A stretch of DNA of 58,536 bases, the filler included, from an uncultured bacterium (GTDB lineage Bacteria > Auribacterota > CAZIXI01): NCBI GenBank assembly GCA_964543115.1. It is 2 parts of 2 records of this genome, joined end to end, with 100 filler letters (N's around TTAATTAATTAA, not from the genome) between each part and the next. Parts side by side here need not be neighbours in the genome. Positions count along the whole stretch, not along the records: positions 1 to 29,690 come from CAZIXI010000007.1; positions 29,791 to 58,536 come from CAZIXI010000008.1. One strand, written 5' to 3'. The position numbers and the translations under genes were made by a program. The notes beneath the pieces are model-generated. The model was not told the origin of the DNA. It ran no database searches and saw nothing but the letters and a program-made list of their open reading frames with translations. This document shows positions 27,778 to 37,969 of this stretch, in pieces (the stretch's first letter is position 1; the number at the start of each line of letters is the position of its first letter).

Positions 27778-29690
27778 TTACGCCGCTTTTTCGATCTCAA
27801 TAATCGCCTGTCTTAACTGATCAAGCTCTGCCGTCATCGCTGTGGGTTCAGGCAGCAGGGTCCAGGGAGCATGAAACAGTTTCTTTAAATCAGCCACACT
27901 TATTTCCAGTGCCAAATCGGCAAATATTGCCTGATAAAAATTGCTGATAATCTCTTTTGCCGGCGACTCTACATAGGCATCCAGATCACCTTTGCGTACG
28001 GCCACAAAAGCAGCCATTAATAAAGAGTTACTAATATTATTCAGCGTGGGGAAATATAGTATGTCTTCTCTTCTTGATTCACTGACTCGCTGGTGTTCCG
28101 TTAAATCAAAAACAGTAATTACCCTCGGGTTATCTGCGCTGAATGCCTTGGCGTCATCAACTTCATCTATACTGCTGACAACGCGATACAGATTGTGTCC
28201 GAAAATATCTTTTATATTTTGCAGGGCAGCAATCTGTTGTTCCAGCGCCTCTTTGCCGATTGCCTGTTCATATTGCTCCCGCCACTTACTGTCCATGACA
28301 ATCCAGTATTTGCCGGTGGCCAGGGAATTTCTGGTATGGGCAAGCTCTTTTAGGTCCGCGGCAATCTCTTCTCCGTACCAGGCAACCTTGGCCGCGGTGC
28401 CGATCACTTTTTGTTGAGAATCGTTAAATCCTTCTAGGCCAATTATTCTTCTCTGTCCGGTAAAGGTACGCATTATCTTTATATTCGCGGTTACCTGTTT
28501 TTTTACTACTGTCATATCGTATTGGACCCGTGAGACAGCTGCTCTTACTCCCCCTCTCATGCCGACAGACGATTCCCGCACATCCGTGAACACAGTCAGG
28601 GCAGCTTGATACCGGTTTTCAGCTCCCACAACGCCCCGCAGCACTTTATACCAATCCTGAGCAAAGGGAAAATCTCTGAACAACTTATTGTAATACGGCA
28701 TTGTACGCATATACTCCAGCGCAATCACAGTTATTTTTTCTATATCTTCAGCTTCAATCCCGGCTGCTAACAACTCTTCAACCACTTTTAGAAACTGCAG
28801 ATCAGCACTCAGCTCATTTAAGGCAGTTGATAATTCCGCTGCTGTTATTTCTCCCGCTTGAATCATCCTTAATACACGCTGTAAGGTCATAACATTAGTG
28901 GTTAATTCCTCTACATGCTGGGGGATGCCGGGTACCAGGTGCAGCAGGATATGGCTTAATTCATGGTGTGCCTCCATCTCCAATATTGCCTCATTGTCAA
29001 AGGCATCTGCATCAATATAAAGCATGAATTTACCATTTGGTTTGGTAAAAACATGGGCGTAAGGAAGCGCGGAGAATCTTTCTGGTGCATGCGCGCCTAC
29101 CTGGTCATCAGGAATATGATTCCAGATCTGCACCGTTTCCAATTGGGACAGAATGCCGGAACCAAATTCCGCTGCCAGCCGATCAAGCACCTTCTGCAGC
29201 ATAGCCAGCTGGCCTTCAGTTTTTTCATCATTGGTCCAGTCTTCATTCACAACCAATTTGTCTTGGCGTAATTGTCCATCTTCTGTCAGATCGGTCCACC
29301 AGAGCGGAGTAGAAACTGGCTGCGGAAATTTTTCCAGATCAGCCTTTCGTGCCAGCGGGCCAGACTTGGGCATTGTATTTTTGCCTTCTTTATCTGTTTT
29401 ATCATCAAGCAGCTTTTGATTAATCCGGCTCTTTTCCAGAAACACTCGCTGAGAAAAATAACGCATACCCAGGGCACCATCTTCCTCGGTCAGTCTGGAC
29501 GCGCAAACTTTATCGCCGTTAATAACAACACAGATGTTCTCCAGCAACAAGCGGCCGGCAATTTCCTGTAGTCCGTATTTATTTATTAGCGCTTCTTTGT
29601 AGTCAGCTAGATTAACCGTATGGCCGCTAATATTGTATACAGCTACCCTTCCCCTCAATATGCAATTAGCCATCAACACCGGGTCTCTAG
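27778..29690 (-). CDS. Hypothetical protein with HExxH motif, 5'-truncated at the gap
   Basis: Frame stays open up to the N run (…RDPVLMANC); contains AHHELSHILLH; ends LLPEPTAMTAELDQLRQAIIEIEKAA. Confidence 0.7.
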
Positions 29691-29790
29691 NNNNNNNNNN
29701 NNNNNNNNNNNNNNNNNNNNNNNNNNNNNNNNNNTTAATTAATTAANNNNNNNNNNNNNNNNNNNNNNNNNNNNNNNNNNNNNNNNNNNN
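29691..29790. other. Artificial scaffold linker (45 N + TTAATTAATTAA + 43 N)
   Basis: Exactly 100 bp; the 12-mer puts stop codons in all six frames; both flanking genes are truncated. Confidence 0.93.
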
Positions 29791-31170
29791 CAGACGAAAC
29801 AAGGTATCCGGTTCCGAGAGATCCTTAATCCAGAGGATAAAAGGCGCGCCCCGCAGTTCAATCGCAGAACGCAAAGTACTAAACAGGGCAATCAGAACAG
29901 GCATTTGAAAAATCATCGGTAAACAACCGCCCAGAGGATTAACCTTATGCTCACGGTAGAGCAGCATCATCTCCTTCTGCAGGCGTTTAGGATCATCTTT
30001 ATATTTTTTCTGTAATTCCTGCATCAGCGGCTGGACCTTCTGCATCTCCCGCATCGATTTATAACTCTTGTAGGTCAGCGGATAAAGGATAAATCTTACC
30101 AGAATAGTTAAAAGAATTATGGCCAGTCCATAATTATGGACAATACCGTAAAAGAAATTCAGCAGTTTCAGGGTGATCTTACTGATTGGCGCCATAAAAC
30201 CAAAATCCATAACCTTATCCATATCCAGACCGAACACCTTTAAAACTTCATATTTCTTCGGCCCGGCATAAAGGAAGAAAGATTCCTCATGTTTTTTGTC
30301 GCCGGATAATGTCAGCGGCGTCAAAGACATAAAGGAAGTTACCCCCCGTTGTTTATCGGATAGGGCGTAATCACTAACAGTTATACTGCGGGCCTCTTCC
30401 TGCGGTTTTAATAATAAAGTAAAATACTTGTTACGTACCGCCCCCCAATAAACATGGCCGGGATAAGAGCGTTGAAAACCCGCCTTGCCTAATTTAGTTT
30501 TCACCGCTTTACCGTCGATCAATTGCGTGGCGCCAAGATACATCTGTGCCTGATACTCTGTTCCGGGAAGCATGGTACCCACCGTCACCTGAATTCCGGG
30601 AGTAAAACTCATTTCCTTCAAACTGCGATTTTCCAAATCCAAGGTAATTTTAATTAAATAGGTTTCCGGATCAATAACGTATGTCTTAACCAGATTCAGC
30701 CCGTTCACAGAGGCGGTGAACCGTACCTGATATTTTTCCTGAAAAGCCTTATAAATAATTGTCTGCGCGGAAATATTGGTGGCCAACGGGCGATAACTCA
30801 CGGGAACAGGGGGAATAAGCTCTACAGGATTACCATCCTTATCCAGGAAATCCCATAATTTAATCCCCTTAATGGTAGCATTGTAGTTAGAGAAGGTAAC
30901 TTCCATTAACGGGCTGTTAACCGTGATTTCTTCTTCAGGCACTTCCGGCGCGGTTGTTAAGGCCGGGGCAGCGGTTAAGGCCGGCGCGGTTGATACAGTT
31001 TCTGTGGCTGTTTGTGAAGAAAGTGTCTCAGTAACAGGTAATGTCTGTTCCTGTTCTACCAGCTCGGACTGCTGTTCCTGCTTCTGCGGATAAAATTTCC
31101 GCAAATAATAAGGATAAACAATAATAACCAACAAACATAAAATAACCGCGATAATCGTTCGTCTTTCCAT
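29791..31170 (-). CDS. yidC: Membrane protein insertase YidC, 3'-truncated by the gap
   Basis: DFG…NYGLAIILLTILVR, MQKVQP, NPLGGCLP, QMPVLIA and LWIKDLSEPD; follows rpmH-rnpA-yidD. Confidence 0.95.
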
Positions 31171-31212
31171 AAGATAATAAACCCCTTTGTAAACAACTCT
31201 CAAATCCCAGAC

Positions 31213-31419
31213 TTAAACCGGGTCATACCCGCCCGGATGCCAGGGATGACAGCGTAAAAGACGGTAAAATCCTTTACCTAATCCACGCCATACACTATAG
31301 CGGCACAAACATTGAATCATATATTCCGAACAACTTGGATAAAAACGACAGGTTTGTACTGGCAGTACTTTTTTTATCTTTTGATAGCAATGTATTATCA
31401 AAATAACAAAACGTCTCAT
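31213..31419 (-). CDS. yidD: Membrane protein insertion efficiency factor YidD
   Basis: CRFYPSCSEY and RLLRCHPWHPGGYDPV. Confidence 0.95.
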   Translation of the reverse strand: MRRFVILIIHCYQKIKKVLPVQTCRFYPSCSEYMIQCLCRYSVWRGLGKGFYRLLRCHPWHPGGYDPV

Positions 31420-31420
31420 T

Positions 31421-31765
31421 TTAAATCAATTTCGCTTGTTTGAATACTTCCAAGAGATCGCTTTCAACTTCGCTAAAATCCTTGCCAACAATCTCCGGCT
31501 TCGCCGTCAGCACTAAATGGACACAATTGCCTAATTTATGCTTATTTAAGCGGTAGGCTTCCCGAAAAAGACGCTTAATACGATTTCGGATTACAGCCTT
31601 ACCCACCCTGGAAGAAACACGTATACCGATTTTCCGTTCGTTTTGTCCAAGAAGATAGCCAAGAATAAGATATCTACCCGCTTCCTTTTTACCCCCCTGA
31701 TAGACCCGGAGAAATTCCCTGTTCTTTAATAATCTTTCACTTTTGGGAAATGTCAGGGAGTGCAT
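31421..31765 (-). CDS. rnpA: Ribonuclease P protein component
   Basis: FPKSERLLKNREF and GKAVIRNRIKRLFREAYR (RNR motif). Start moved to ATG 31765, after the rpmH stop. Confidence 0.93.
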   Translation of the reverse strand: MHSLTFPKSERLLKNREFLRVYQGGKKEAGRYLILGYLLGQNERKIGIRVSSRVGKAVIRNRIKRLFREAYRLNKHKLGNCVHLVLTAKPEIVGKDFSEVESDLLEVFKQAKLI

Positions 31766-31775
31766 GTATGAAGGA

Positions 31776-31910
31776 TTAGACGGCAAGTCTCTTCCGGCCC
31801 TTTCTCCTTCGTCTGGACAATACTGCACGGCCCCAGCGGGTACTCATGCGTTTACGAAATCCATGGGTACGTTTCTTTTTTATCTTTGAAGGTTGATAGG
31901 TACGTTTCAT
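31776..31910 (-). CDS. rpmH: 50S ribosomal protein L34 (44 aa), absent from the ORF track
   Basis: Manual translation [44 protein letters not shown]. Confidence 0.97.
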   Translation of the reverse strand: MKRTYQPSKIKKKRTHGFRKRMSTRWGRAVLSRRRRKGRKRLAV

Positions 31911-31981
31911 GGCGGACATTATACGGAGGTTTATATTGAATGGCAAGTAAAAAAATGCCCGTAATATTATAATGACAGTTG

Positions 31982-32007
31982 ATGACAGTCCCAGGCGAAG
32001 CCTGGGA
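31982..32007 (-). repeat. REP-like hairpin (family copy)
   Basis: Minus strand TCCCAGGC-TTC-GCCTGGGACTGTCAT; same family as 37857, 42218, 43135, 52279 and 56091. Confidence 0.7.
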
Positions 32008-32144
32008 AAGGCCTCAAAGTTGCGTAAGCTTATAGAAGCCTGACTGTTACACTGTTTTCTGGAGTACTAGTTATTGAAATTTATATAAAATGCTGTTGTC
32101 AATAATGAAAATATTAATTATAATTATAGATTTAGTATATATTT

Positions 32145-33566
32145 ATGAATAATATTATTAATGATACTATTATTGTTAACAATATGCTTTCTGCAAAAGA
32201 TCAGGTGCTGGTGGCCCTGTCTGGCGGACCGGATTCCGTAGCACTGCTCTACTGCCTGAGAGAATTAGCCGCTAAATACGATATAAAACTATTTATTGCC
32301 CATCTAAATCATGGTCTGCGGGCAGAGGAATCGGATCGTGAACAGCAATTTTGTGAGAAACTGGGTAAAAAATTAAATGTCCCGGTATGGTCTAATAAGA
32401 TAGCAGGCAAGGAGTTAACACAATCCGAGGACACTTTTCGTAAAATAAGATATCAATTCTTAACAGAAACGGCGAAAAGGGTAGGGGCAAATAAAATCGC
32501 CATGGCACACCATGCTGATGATCAAATTGAAACAGTGCTCATGCGCCTGGTCCGGGGTACCGGCACTAAAGGACTCGGCGGGATCCCGCCTGTTCGTAAT
32601 CTGAAGGAGGGAATTTTTCTGATCCGTCCATTAATAAACGTGTGGCGGGCTGATATTATTAATTATTTGAAAAAAGGCAAAATTGCTTTCCTCGAGGATA
32701 GCAGTAACTATTCTCCTTTATTCACCCGTAATCGAATTCGTCATCAACTGCTTCCGGAATTAGCTCAATATAACCCTAATATAAAAGAAACTCTACGGGG
32801 AATGGCCAATACCATGACACTAGTAGAGGATTTCCTGGCTCAGGAAACAAAAAAACAGTTAAAAATGCTTAAAAAACTAACAGTTAACCGTTACCAGCTA
32901 CCGAGAAAGATAATTACCCAGATCCATCCGGCAGTGGCTCAATGTTTGATCCGTAAAATAATCAGCCAGTTATCTCCCAACAAAACTCTTACCTATAAAG
33001 AAACACAACAGATCATGAAACTGGCCTCTAGTGGGTGCGGCACTAAACAAGTTATTTGTGCGCAAGGTATTACAATAAGACGTGAATACAATCAGCTGTT
33101 TTTCATCAAGGGCAGGGAACCAGAAAAAACCGGTTTTCAACAAGTAATCACAGTCCCCGGAAAAACCACTGTTAACGAACATAACATATTCATATCAAGT
33201 AAGATAAAGAATTGCCGAAACATACCTCCTCGTGTGATAAAAAGGCCTGGCAATGAATTGTTTCGTTTTTGTCAGGAAAAAACATTGAAATTCAGGGCAG
33301 AATTAGATTATGATAGAATTAATGGTCCTTTGATAATTCGCTCTCGAAAATCCGGAGACAAATATCAACCTATTGGTCAAAGTGGGAGAAAAAGCCTTAA
33401 AAACATCCTGATAGACAATAAAATTCCCACTATCTACCGCGATAAAATGCCAATAGTGGAGGAAAATAGCGATATTTGCTGGTTAGTTGGCTATAGAATT
33501 GGTGCAAATTTCAGCGTTAAGAACAAAACCAAACGAGTATTAAACCTAACAGTGGAGATCAAATAA
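32145..33566 (+). CDS. tilS: tRNA(Ile)-lysidine synthetase
   Basis: VALSGGPDS PP-loop, AHLNHGLR, AHHADDQIET, RPL and RNRIRH. Confidence 0.96.
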   Translation: MNNIINDTIIVNNMLSAKDQVLVALSGGPDSVALLYCLRELAAKYDIKLFIAHLNHGLRAEESDREQQFCEKLGKKLNVPVWSNKIAGKELTQSEDTFRKIRYQFLTETAKRVGANKIAMAHHADDQIETVLMRLVRGTGTKGLGGIPPVRNLKEGIFLIRPLINVWRADIINYLKKGKIAFLEDSSNYSPLFTRNRIRHQLLPELAQYNPNIKETLRGMANTMTLVEDFLAQETKKQLKMLKKLTVNRYQLPRKIITQIHPAVAQCLIRKIISQLSPNKTLTYKETQQIMKLASSGCGTKQVICAQGITIRREYNQLFFIKGREPEKTGFQQVITVPGKTTVNEHNIFISSKIKNCRNIPPRVIKRPGNELFRFCQEKTLKFRAELDYDRINGPLIIRSRKSGDKYQPIGQSGRKSLKNILIDNKIPTIYRDKMPIVEENSDICWLVGYRIGANFSVKNKTKRVLNLTVEIK

Positions 33567-33570
33567 GATT

Positions 33571-35508
33571 ATGCCTAATGATAGAAATCCAAGAAGAAAT
33601 ACAAAATTCCCTAAGGGAAAGCCTACACGCAGGGGGTCCAGAAAACCTACTCCAGGCAAAACCCCTGGCGGACAAATGCCCACAACCACGCCCAGCAATA
33701 AACCTCTGCTTATCTGGATCGTTGTTCTGGGACTTGTCTTTCTAATTTTTCAGTTCCGCGGATTGCAGGACCGGGGGAAAACTCTGACCTATACAGAATT
33801 TAAGCACGCTGTTACCTCTAACCAGGTCCAAACCTTTAACTTAATGGAAGGTGGAGTAAGTGCGGATGGAGCACTTACCGATGGAACTAAATACAAAGTA
33901 AATATACTGCCACAAGATACTGATCTGCCCAAGGACCTGGAACAGCATGGAGTAAATATAAGAGTAACCAGAACAGCCACTTTCTGGTCAAATCTGCTCT
34001 ATTCCATTCTGCCTATGCTGCTTTTTATCTTTCTTCTTTGGTTCCTCATGTATCGTCAGATGCGCGGCATGGGCCGCGGCGTCTTTTCCTTCGGCAAAAG
34101 CCGGGCCAAACTCTTCAAAAAAGACGGAGAAAAAACAACCTTTAAGGACGTTGCCGGTCTGCAGGAAGCCAAGGAAGAGGTAGCTGAAGTTATCGAGTTC
34201 CTTAAGGATCCAAAAAAATTCCAAAAACTGGGCGGCAAGATACCCAAGGGAGTGCTGTTGGTAGGACCACCGGGAACGGGTAAGACCCTATTGGCCCGCT
34301 CTATTGCCGGTGAGGCTAATGTTCCTTTTTTCTCGATTAGCGGCAGTGATTTTGTAGAAATGTTTGTGGGTGTTGGCGCCAGCCGGGTCCGTGATCTATT
34401 TGAACAGGGTCGCCGCCAGGCACCGGCAATCATCTTTATTGATGAAATCGATGCTGTCGGCCGCCATCGTGGCGCTGGGATAGGCGGCGGACATGACGAA
34501 AGAGAACAAACCTTAAACGCCCTGCTGGTGGAAATGGATGGTTTTGACAGCCGGGAAGGATTAATAATCGTTGCCGCTTCCAATCGTCCAGACGTGCTGG
34601 ATACCGCTCTTTTACGCCCCGGAAGGTTCGATCGTCAAATAGTACTGGATTTACCGGATCTTAACGGCCGGGAAGAAATCCTTCAGGTACATTGCCGAAA
34701 AATCACCCTTGATAAAGATGTGAATTTGCGGGTAATTGCCAGGGGAACCCCGCTGTTCAGCGGAGCTGATCTGGCCAATCTGGTTAATGAAGCTGCCTTA
34801 TTGGCAGCCCGCCGGAACAAAAAAGGCGTGGAGCTTGAAGAACTGGAAGAGGCCCGTGATAAGGTGCGTTGGGGCAGGGAACGAAAAAGCCGGGTTCTTG
34901 ATGAAAAAGATAAGAAGGTTACCGCCTATCATGAAGCCGGTCATGCCCTCCTTCTGGATTTGTTACCGGAAACAGAACCATTGCACAAAGTAACTATTAT
35001 CCCCCGCGGCATGGCTTATCTGGGCGCTACTTTTCAGCTGCCAGAAAAAGATAAATATCACGAATTTAAAAAAGAAGCCCTGGCCCAAATCACCGGGATG
35101 ATGGGCGGTCGGCTTGCCGAAGAACTTGTATTTGGTGATATTACTTCCGGGGCCCGCAGCGATATCAAAATCGCCACCCAGATTGCCCGTAAGATGGTAT
35201 GTGAATGGGGAATGAGTGAAAAATTGGGGCCGATGACCTTTGGGGAACGGGAAGAACACCTTTTTCTCGGCCGGGAAATCTCCCGCAAAATTGATTATAG
35301 TGAAGCCACCGCGGTGGAAATAGATCAGGAAATAAAAAAGATCATTGATGACTCGTACGCACGGGGCAAACAATTATTAACGGCTAATAAAGATAAACTG
35401 GAACAGATTGCCAAGTTATTGTTAGAAAAGGAAGTCCTGGACGGCAAAGAAGTAACAAGTATCGTCAAAGGCGAAAGCAAACAACTCCCGGGAGAAACCC
35501 AAAAATAA
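33571..35508 (+). CDS. ftsH: ATP-dependent zinc metalloprotease FtsH
   Basis: Two TM segments, [22 protein letters not shown] and HEAGH. Confidence 0.98.
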   Translation: MPNDRNPRRNTKFPKGKPTRRGSRKPTPGKTPGGQMPTTTPSNKPLLIWIVVLGLVFLIFQFRGLQDRGKTLTYTEFKHAVTSNQVQTFNLMEGGVSADGALTDGTKYKVNILPQDTDLPKDLEQHGVNIRVTRTATFWSNLLYSILPMLLFIFLLWFLMYRQMRGMGRGVFSFGKSRAKLFKKDGEKTTFKDVAGLQEAKEEVAEVIEFLKDPKKFQKLGGKIPKGVLLVGPPGTGKTLLARSIAGEANVPFFSISGSDFVEMFVGVGASRVRDLFEQGRRQAPAIIFIDEIDAVGRHRGAGIGGGHDEREQTLNALLVEMDGFDSREGLIIVAASNRPDVLDTALLRPGRFDRQIVLDLPDLNGREEILQVHCRKITLDKDVNLRVIARGTPLFSGADLANLVNEAALLAARRNKKGVELEELEEARDKVRWGRERKSRVLDEKDKKVTAYHEAGHALLLDLLPETEPLHKVTIIPRGMAYLGATFQLPEKDKYHEFKKEALAQITGMMGGRLAEELVFGDITSGARSDIKIATQIARKMVCEWGMSEKLGPMTFGEREEHLFLGREISRKIDYSEATAVEIDQEIKKIIDDSYARGKQLLTANKDKLEQIAKLLLEKEVLDGKEVTSIVKGESKQLPGETQK

Positions 35509-35581
35509 TTATTTTTTTATAAGGAAACCAGGAAGGACAGGAAATAGGTTTTAATGTTTTTCCTGATAAATCTTTTAAATT

Positions 35582-36424
35582 ATGCTGACAGAAAATAATC
35601 GCACATTAATAATGGGTATCGTTAACGTCACCCCGGACTCCTTTTATGACGGCGGCCGGTATCTGGAGCCCGAACAAGCCTATCAACAGGCCCGGCAATT
35701 AGCGGAAGAAGGAGCGGATATTATTGATCTGGGCGGCGAATCTTCGCGCCCTGGCGCTCAGAGCGTTTCCTTAAAGACAGAATTAGAACGGGTAATCCCT
35801 TTAATCAGCAAACTAGCGCCGGCTATTTCAGTGCCCATTTCAATTGATACCACCAAAGCGGAAGTGGCCCGGCAGGCCCTAATCGCCGGGGCAAAAATAG
35901 TAAACGATATTTCCGCCCTGCGTCATGATCCGGCAATGGCAGCGCTAGTCGCCCAGCATAACGTGCCGGTGATCCTCATGCATATGCAGGGGACACCTAA
36001 AGATATGCAGTGTGTACCTTTCTATCAGGATGTTATTGGAGAAATTAAAGAATTTTTCCGGGAAAGAATCTCCTGGGCGCGCACCCAGGGAATCCGGAAA
36101 GAAAATATTATTCTGGATCCGGGAATCGGTTTCGGGAAAAGATTGGATGATAATCTGGAAATCCTCAGCCGGCTGGAAGAATTTTGTTCTTTACAATGTC
36201 CCCTGCTTATTGGTCCTTCAAGAAAATCGTTTCTTGGAATGATCCTGGGCGTGGAAGTAAAAGATAGATTATGGGGAACTGCCGCCGCGGTAACCGTTGC
36301 GGCAATTAAGGGAGCTAATATCATCAGAGTCCACGACGTCTCCGCAATGCGGCAGGTTGTGGACGTTGCGGATGCGATTAAGGACGTGCGAAGCACGCGC
36401 AGCACGCAAACAGCTAAAATATGA
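35582..36424 (+). CDS. folP: Dihydropteroate synthase
   Basis: MGIVNVTPDSFYDGG, GGESSRPGA, ILDPGIGFGK, SRKSF and RVHDV. Confidence 0.97.
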   Translation: MLTENNRTLIMGIVNVTPDSFYDGGRYLEPEQAYQQARQLAEEGADIIDLGGESSRPGAQSVSLKTELERVIPLISKLAPAISVPISIDTTKAEVARQALIAGAKIVNDISALRHDPAMAALVAQHNVPVILMHMQGTPKDMQCVPFYQDVIGEIKEFFRERISWARTQGIRKENIILDPGIGFGKRLDDNLEILSRLEEFCSLQCPLLIGPSRKSFLGMILGVEVKDRLWGTAAAVTVAAIKGANIIRVHDVSAMRQVVDVADAIKDVRSTRSTQTAKI

Positions 36425-37182
36425 TAACGCAATTATTTGCCATCTGGAAACCGATATTGGAAATTATTGTTTTAACAGTATTTTTCTATTATCTTATTCT
36501 CTTTATCAGGGGAACACCGGTCATTCCGGTTTTAAAGGTCCTGGTTTTCCTCTTTGCCGGTTTCTTCCTGGCCCAAAAACTGGAACTACATACTATTAAC
36601 TGGGTATTAACAAAGGTCTTTGCCATTCTTATTGTTGCCTTGTTAATTATCTTTCAGCCGGAACTGCGGCGTGCCTTGGTCCACCTTGGCGGAGGCACAT
36701 TTCTTTCCCGCAGCGGCGTCAGTAAACAAAGTCTGGTAGATGAGATTACGGAGGCCATAATGATTCTGGCCCGAAAAAAAATTGGGGCCTTAATTGCCGT
36801 TGAACGGGAAGTGGGTCTGAAAAACTATATTGATACCGGTGTCCGCGTCGACGGTTTGGTATCCAGTGAAATTTTAATGACAATTTTTATGCCGAATTCT
36901 CCGTTGCATGATGGCGGTATTGTCATTCAGGAAGATACGGTGGCCGGAGCAGCCTGTACTTTTCCCCTGACCCAGAATATTTCTCTGGATCGTATCATGG
37001 GAACACGGCATCAGGCAGGTCTGGGTCTAAGCGAGGAAAGTGACGCTACCATCCTTATCGTTTCAGAAGAAACAGGCACAATCTCTTTGGCTTACCGCGG
37101 GAAAATGAGCCGGGATCTGGATGAAAATGCCGTTCGCCGGATATTAGGCAATATTTACACCAGACCAAAAAAACGCAAATGA
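36421..37182 (+). CDS. cdaA: Diadenylate cyclase CdaA/DacA
   Basis: Three TM segments, FQPELRRAL, LHDGG (DGA variant), GTRHQAGLG (RHR variant) and VSEETG. Confidence 0.92.
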   Translation: MITQLFAIWKPILEIIVLTVFFYYLILFIRGTPVIPVLKVLVFLFAGFFLAQKLELHTINWVLTKVFAILIVALLIIFQPELRRALVHLGGGTFLSRSGVSKQSLVDEITEAIMILARKKIGALIAVEREVGLKNYIDTGVRVDGLVSSEILMTIFMPNSPLHDGGIVIQEDTVAGAACTFPLTQNISLDRIMGTRHQAGLGLSEESDATILIVSEETGTISLAYRGKMSRDLDENAVRRILGNIYTRPKKRK

Positions 37183-37835
37183 AAACAAGCTGGATTACAA
37201 ACAATATTTGGATTAAGTTGGGGGCCTTGCTTTTGGCTATCGCTCTCTGGTTCTATGTCGCCGGTGAAGAACGCATTGAAGCCAAATTAAAAATCCCTTT
37301 TAAGTTCGGACTGGCCCCGAACATTATTATTGCCCGATTAGGCGCGCCGGAAATAGAAATGCATGTTCGAGGCAGAAAAGACCAAATCGCAAAAGCGGAG
37401 AGTATTTCCTGTGATTTCAATCTAAGTAATTATCAGGAAGCTCAAACACTTATCCTGCCTGTCGAGCGAAAGAATTTTAACCTTCCCCCGGAAATCAGTA
37501 TTTTAAAAATGACTCCCACAACACTCAAGGTGGAAATCGATCGACTGGGGGAAAAAGTTGTTCCCGTACGGGTAGTCTCCAAGGGCGATCCCGCACCCGG
37601 ACATTCATTAGCAGGTTTTGTGATCGATCCGGTCACGATTTCTGTTATCGGACCGGAAGAATACATCAATAAGCTAAAATACATTGAAACAGAACCGGTT
37701 GATATCACCGGCAGGCGAAAATCCTTCCGCAAGATGGTACCCTTACAATCAATCCCGATGATCGGCAAAGAGGCGCCGGCGCAATTTGTCGAAGTTATCG
37801 CCAAAATCAAACGCCGAACGATTGAAGTAAGATAA
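37179..37835 (+). CDS. cdaR: YbbR-domain protein CdaR
   Basis: NIWIKLGALLLAIALWFYV anchor and YbbR-like repeats; cdaA-cdaR-glmM synteny. Confidence 0.85.
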   Translation: MKTSWITNNIWIKLGALLLAIALWFYVAGEERIEAKLKIPFKFGLAPNIIIARLGAPEIEMHVRGRKDQIAKAESISCDFNLSNYQEAQTLILPVERKNFNLPPEISILKMTPTTLKVEIDRLGEKVVPVRVVSKGDPAPGHSLAGFVIDPVTISVIGPEEYINKLKYIETEPVDITGRRKSFRKMVPLQSIPMIGKEAPAQFVEVIAKIKRRTIEVR

Positions 37836-37856
37836 ATACCGGCAATGTTATCGAAT

Positions 37857-37955
37857 AGTCCCAAGCAAAGCTTGGGACTGCCATTATCGGAATGGGTATA
37901 GACTGCTCCCCGATTTCATCGGGGGACTGCCATTATCGGAATGGGTATAGACTGC
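37857..37955 (+). repeat. Two identical 33-bp units alternating with different hairpins
   Basis: GGGACTGCCATTATCGGAATGGGTATAGACTGC at 37874-37906 and 37923-37955; hairpins AGTCCCAAGC-AAA-GCTTGGGACT and TCCCCGAT-TTC-ATCGGGGG. Confidence 0.85.
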
Positions 37956-37969
37956 CCCAGGAGGAATTT

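Noticed and set aside
29736..29747. TTAATTAATTAA as a biological site
   Set aside because: It is embedded in N runs totalling exactly 100 bp and gives six-frame stops, so it is an assembly linker.
35509..35581. CAGGAA/TTCCTG short repeats between ftsH and folP
   Set aside because: Too short and degenerate to distinguish from a weak terminator or low-complexity sequence.
37857..37955. Mini-CRISPR array
   Set aside because: Only two 33-bp units, the 16-nt 'spacer' is itself a hairpin that recurs elsewhere, and there are no cas genes in the window. It fits a REP-like family better.
37892..37969. N-terminal extensions of glmM (and similarly rnpA 31766-31828 and the LptF/G gene 45636-45677)
   Set aside because: The extensions run through repeat elements or the rpmH gene; downstream ATGs match the family N-termini.
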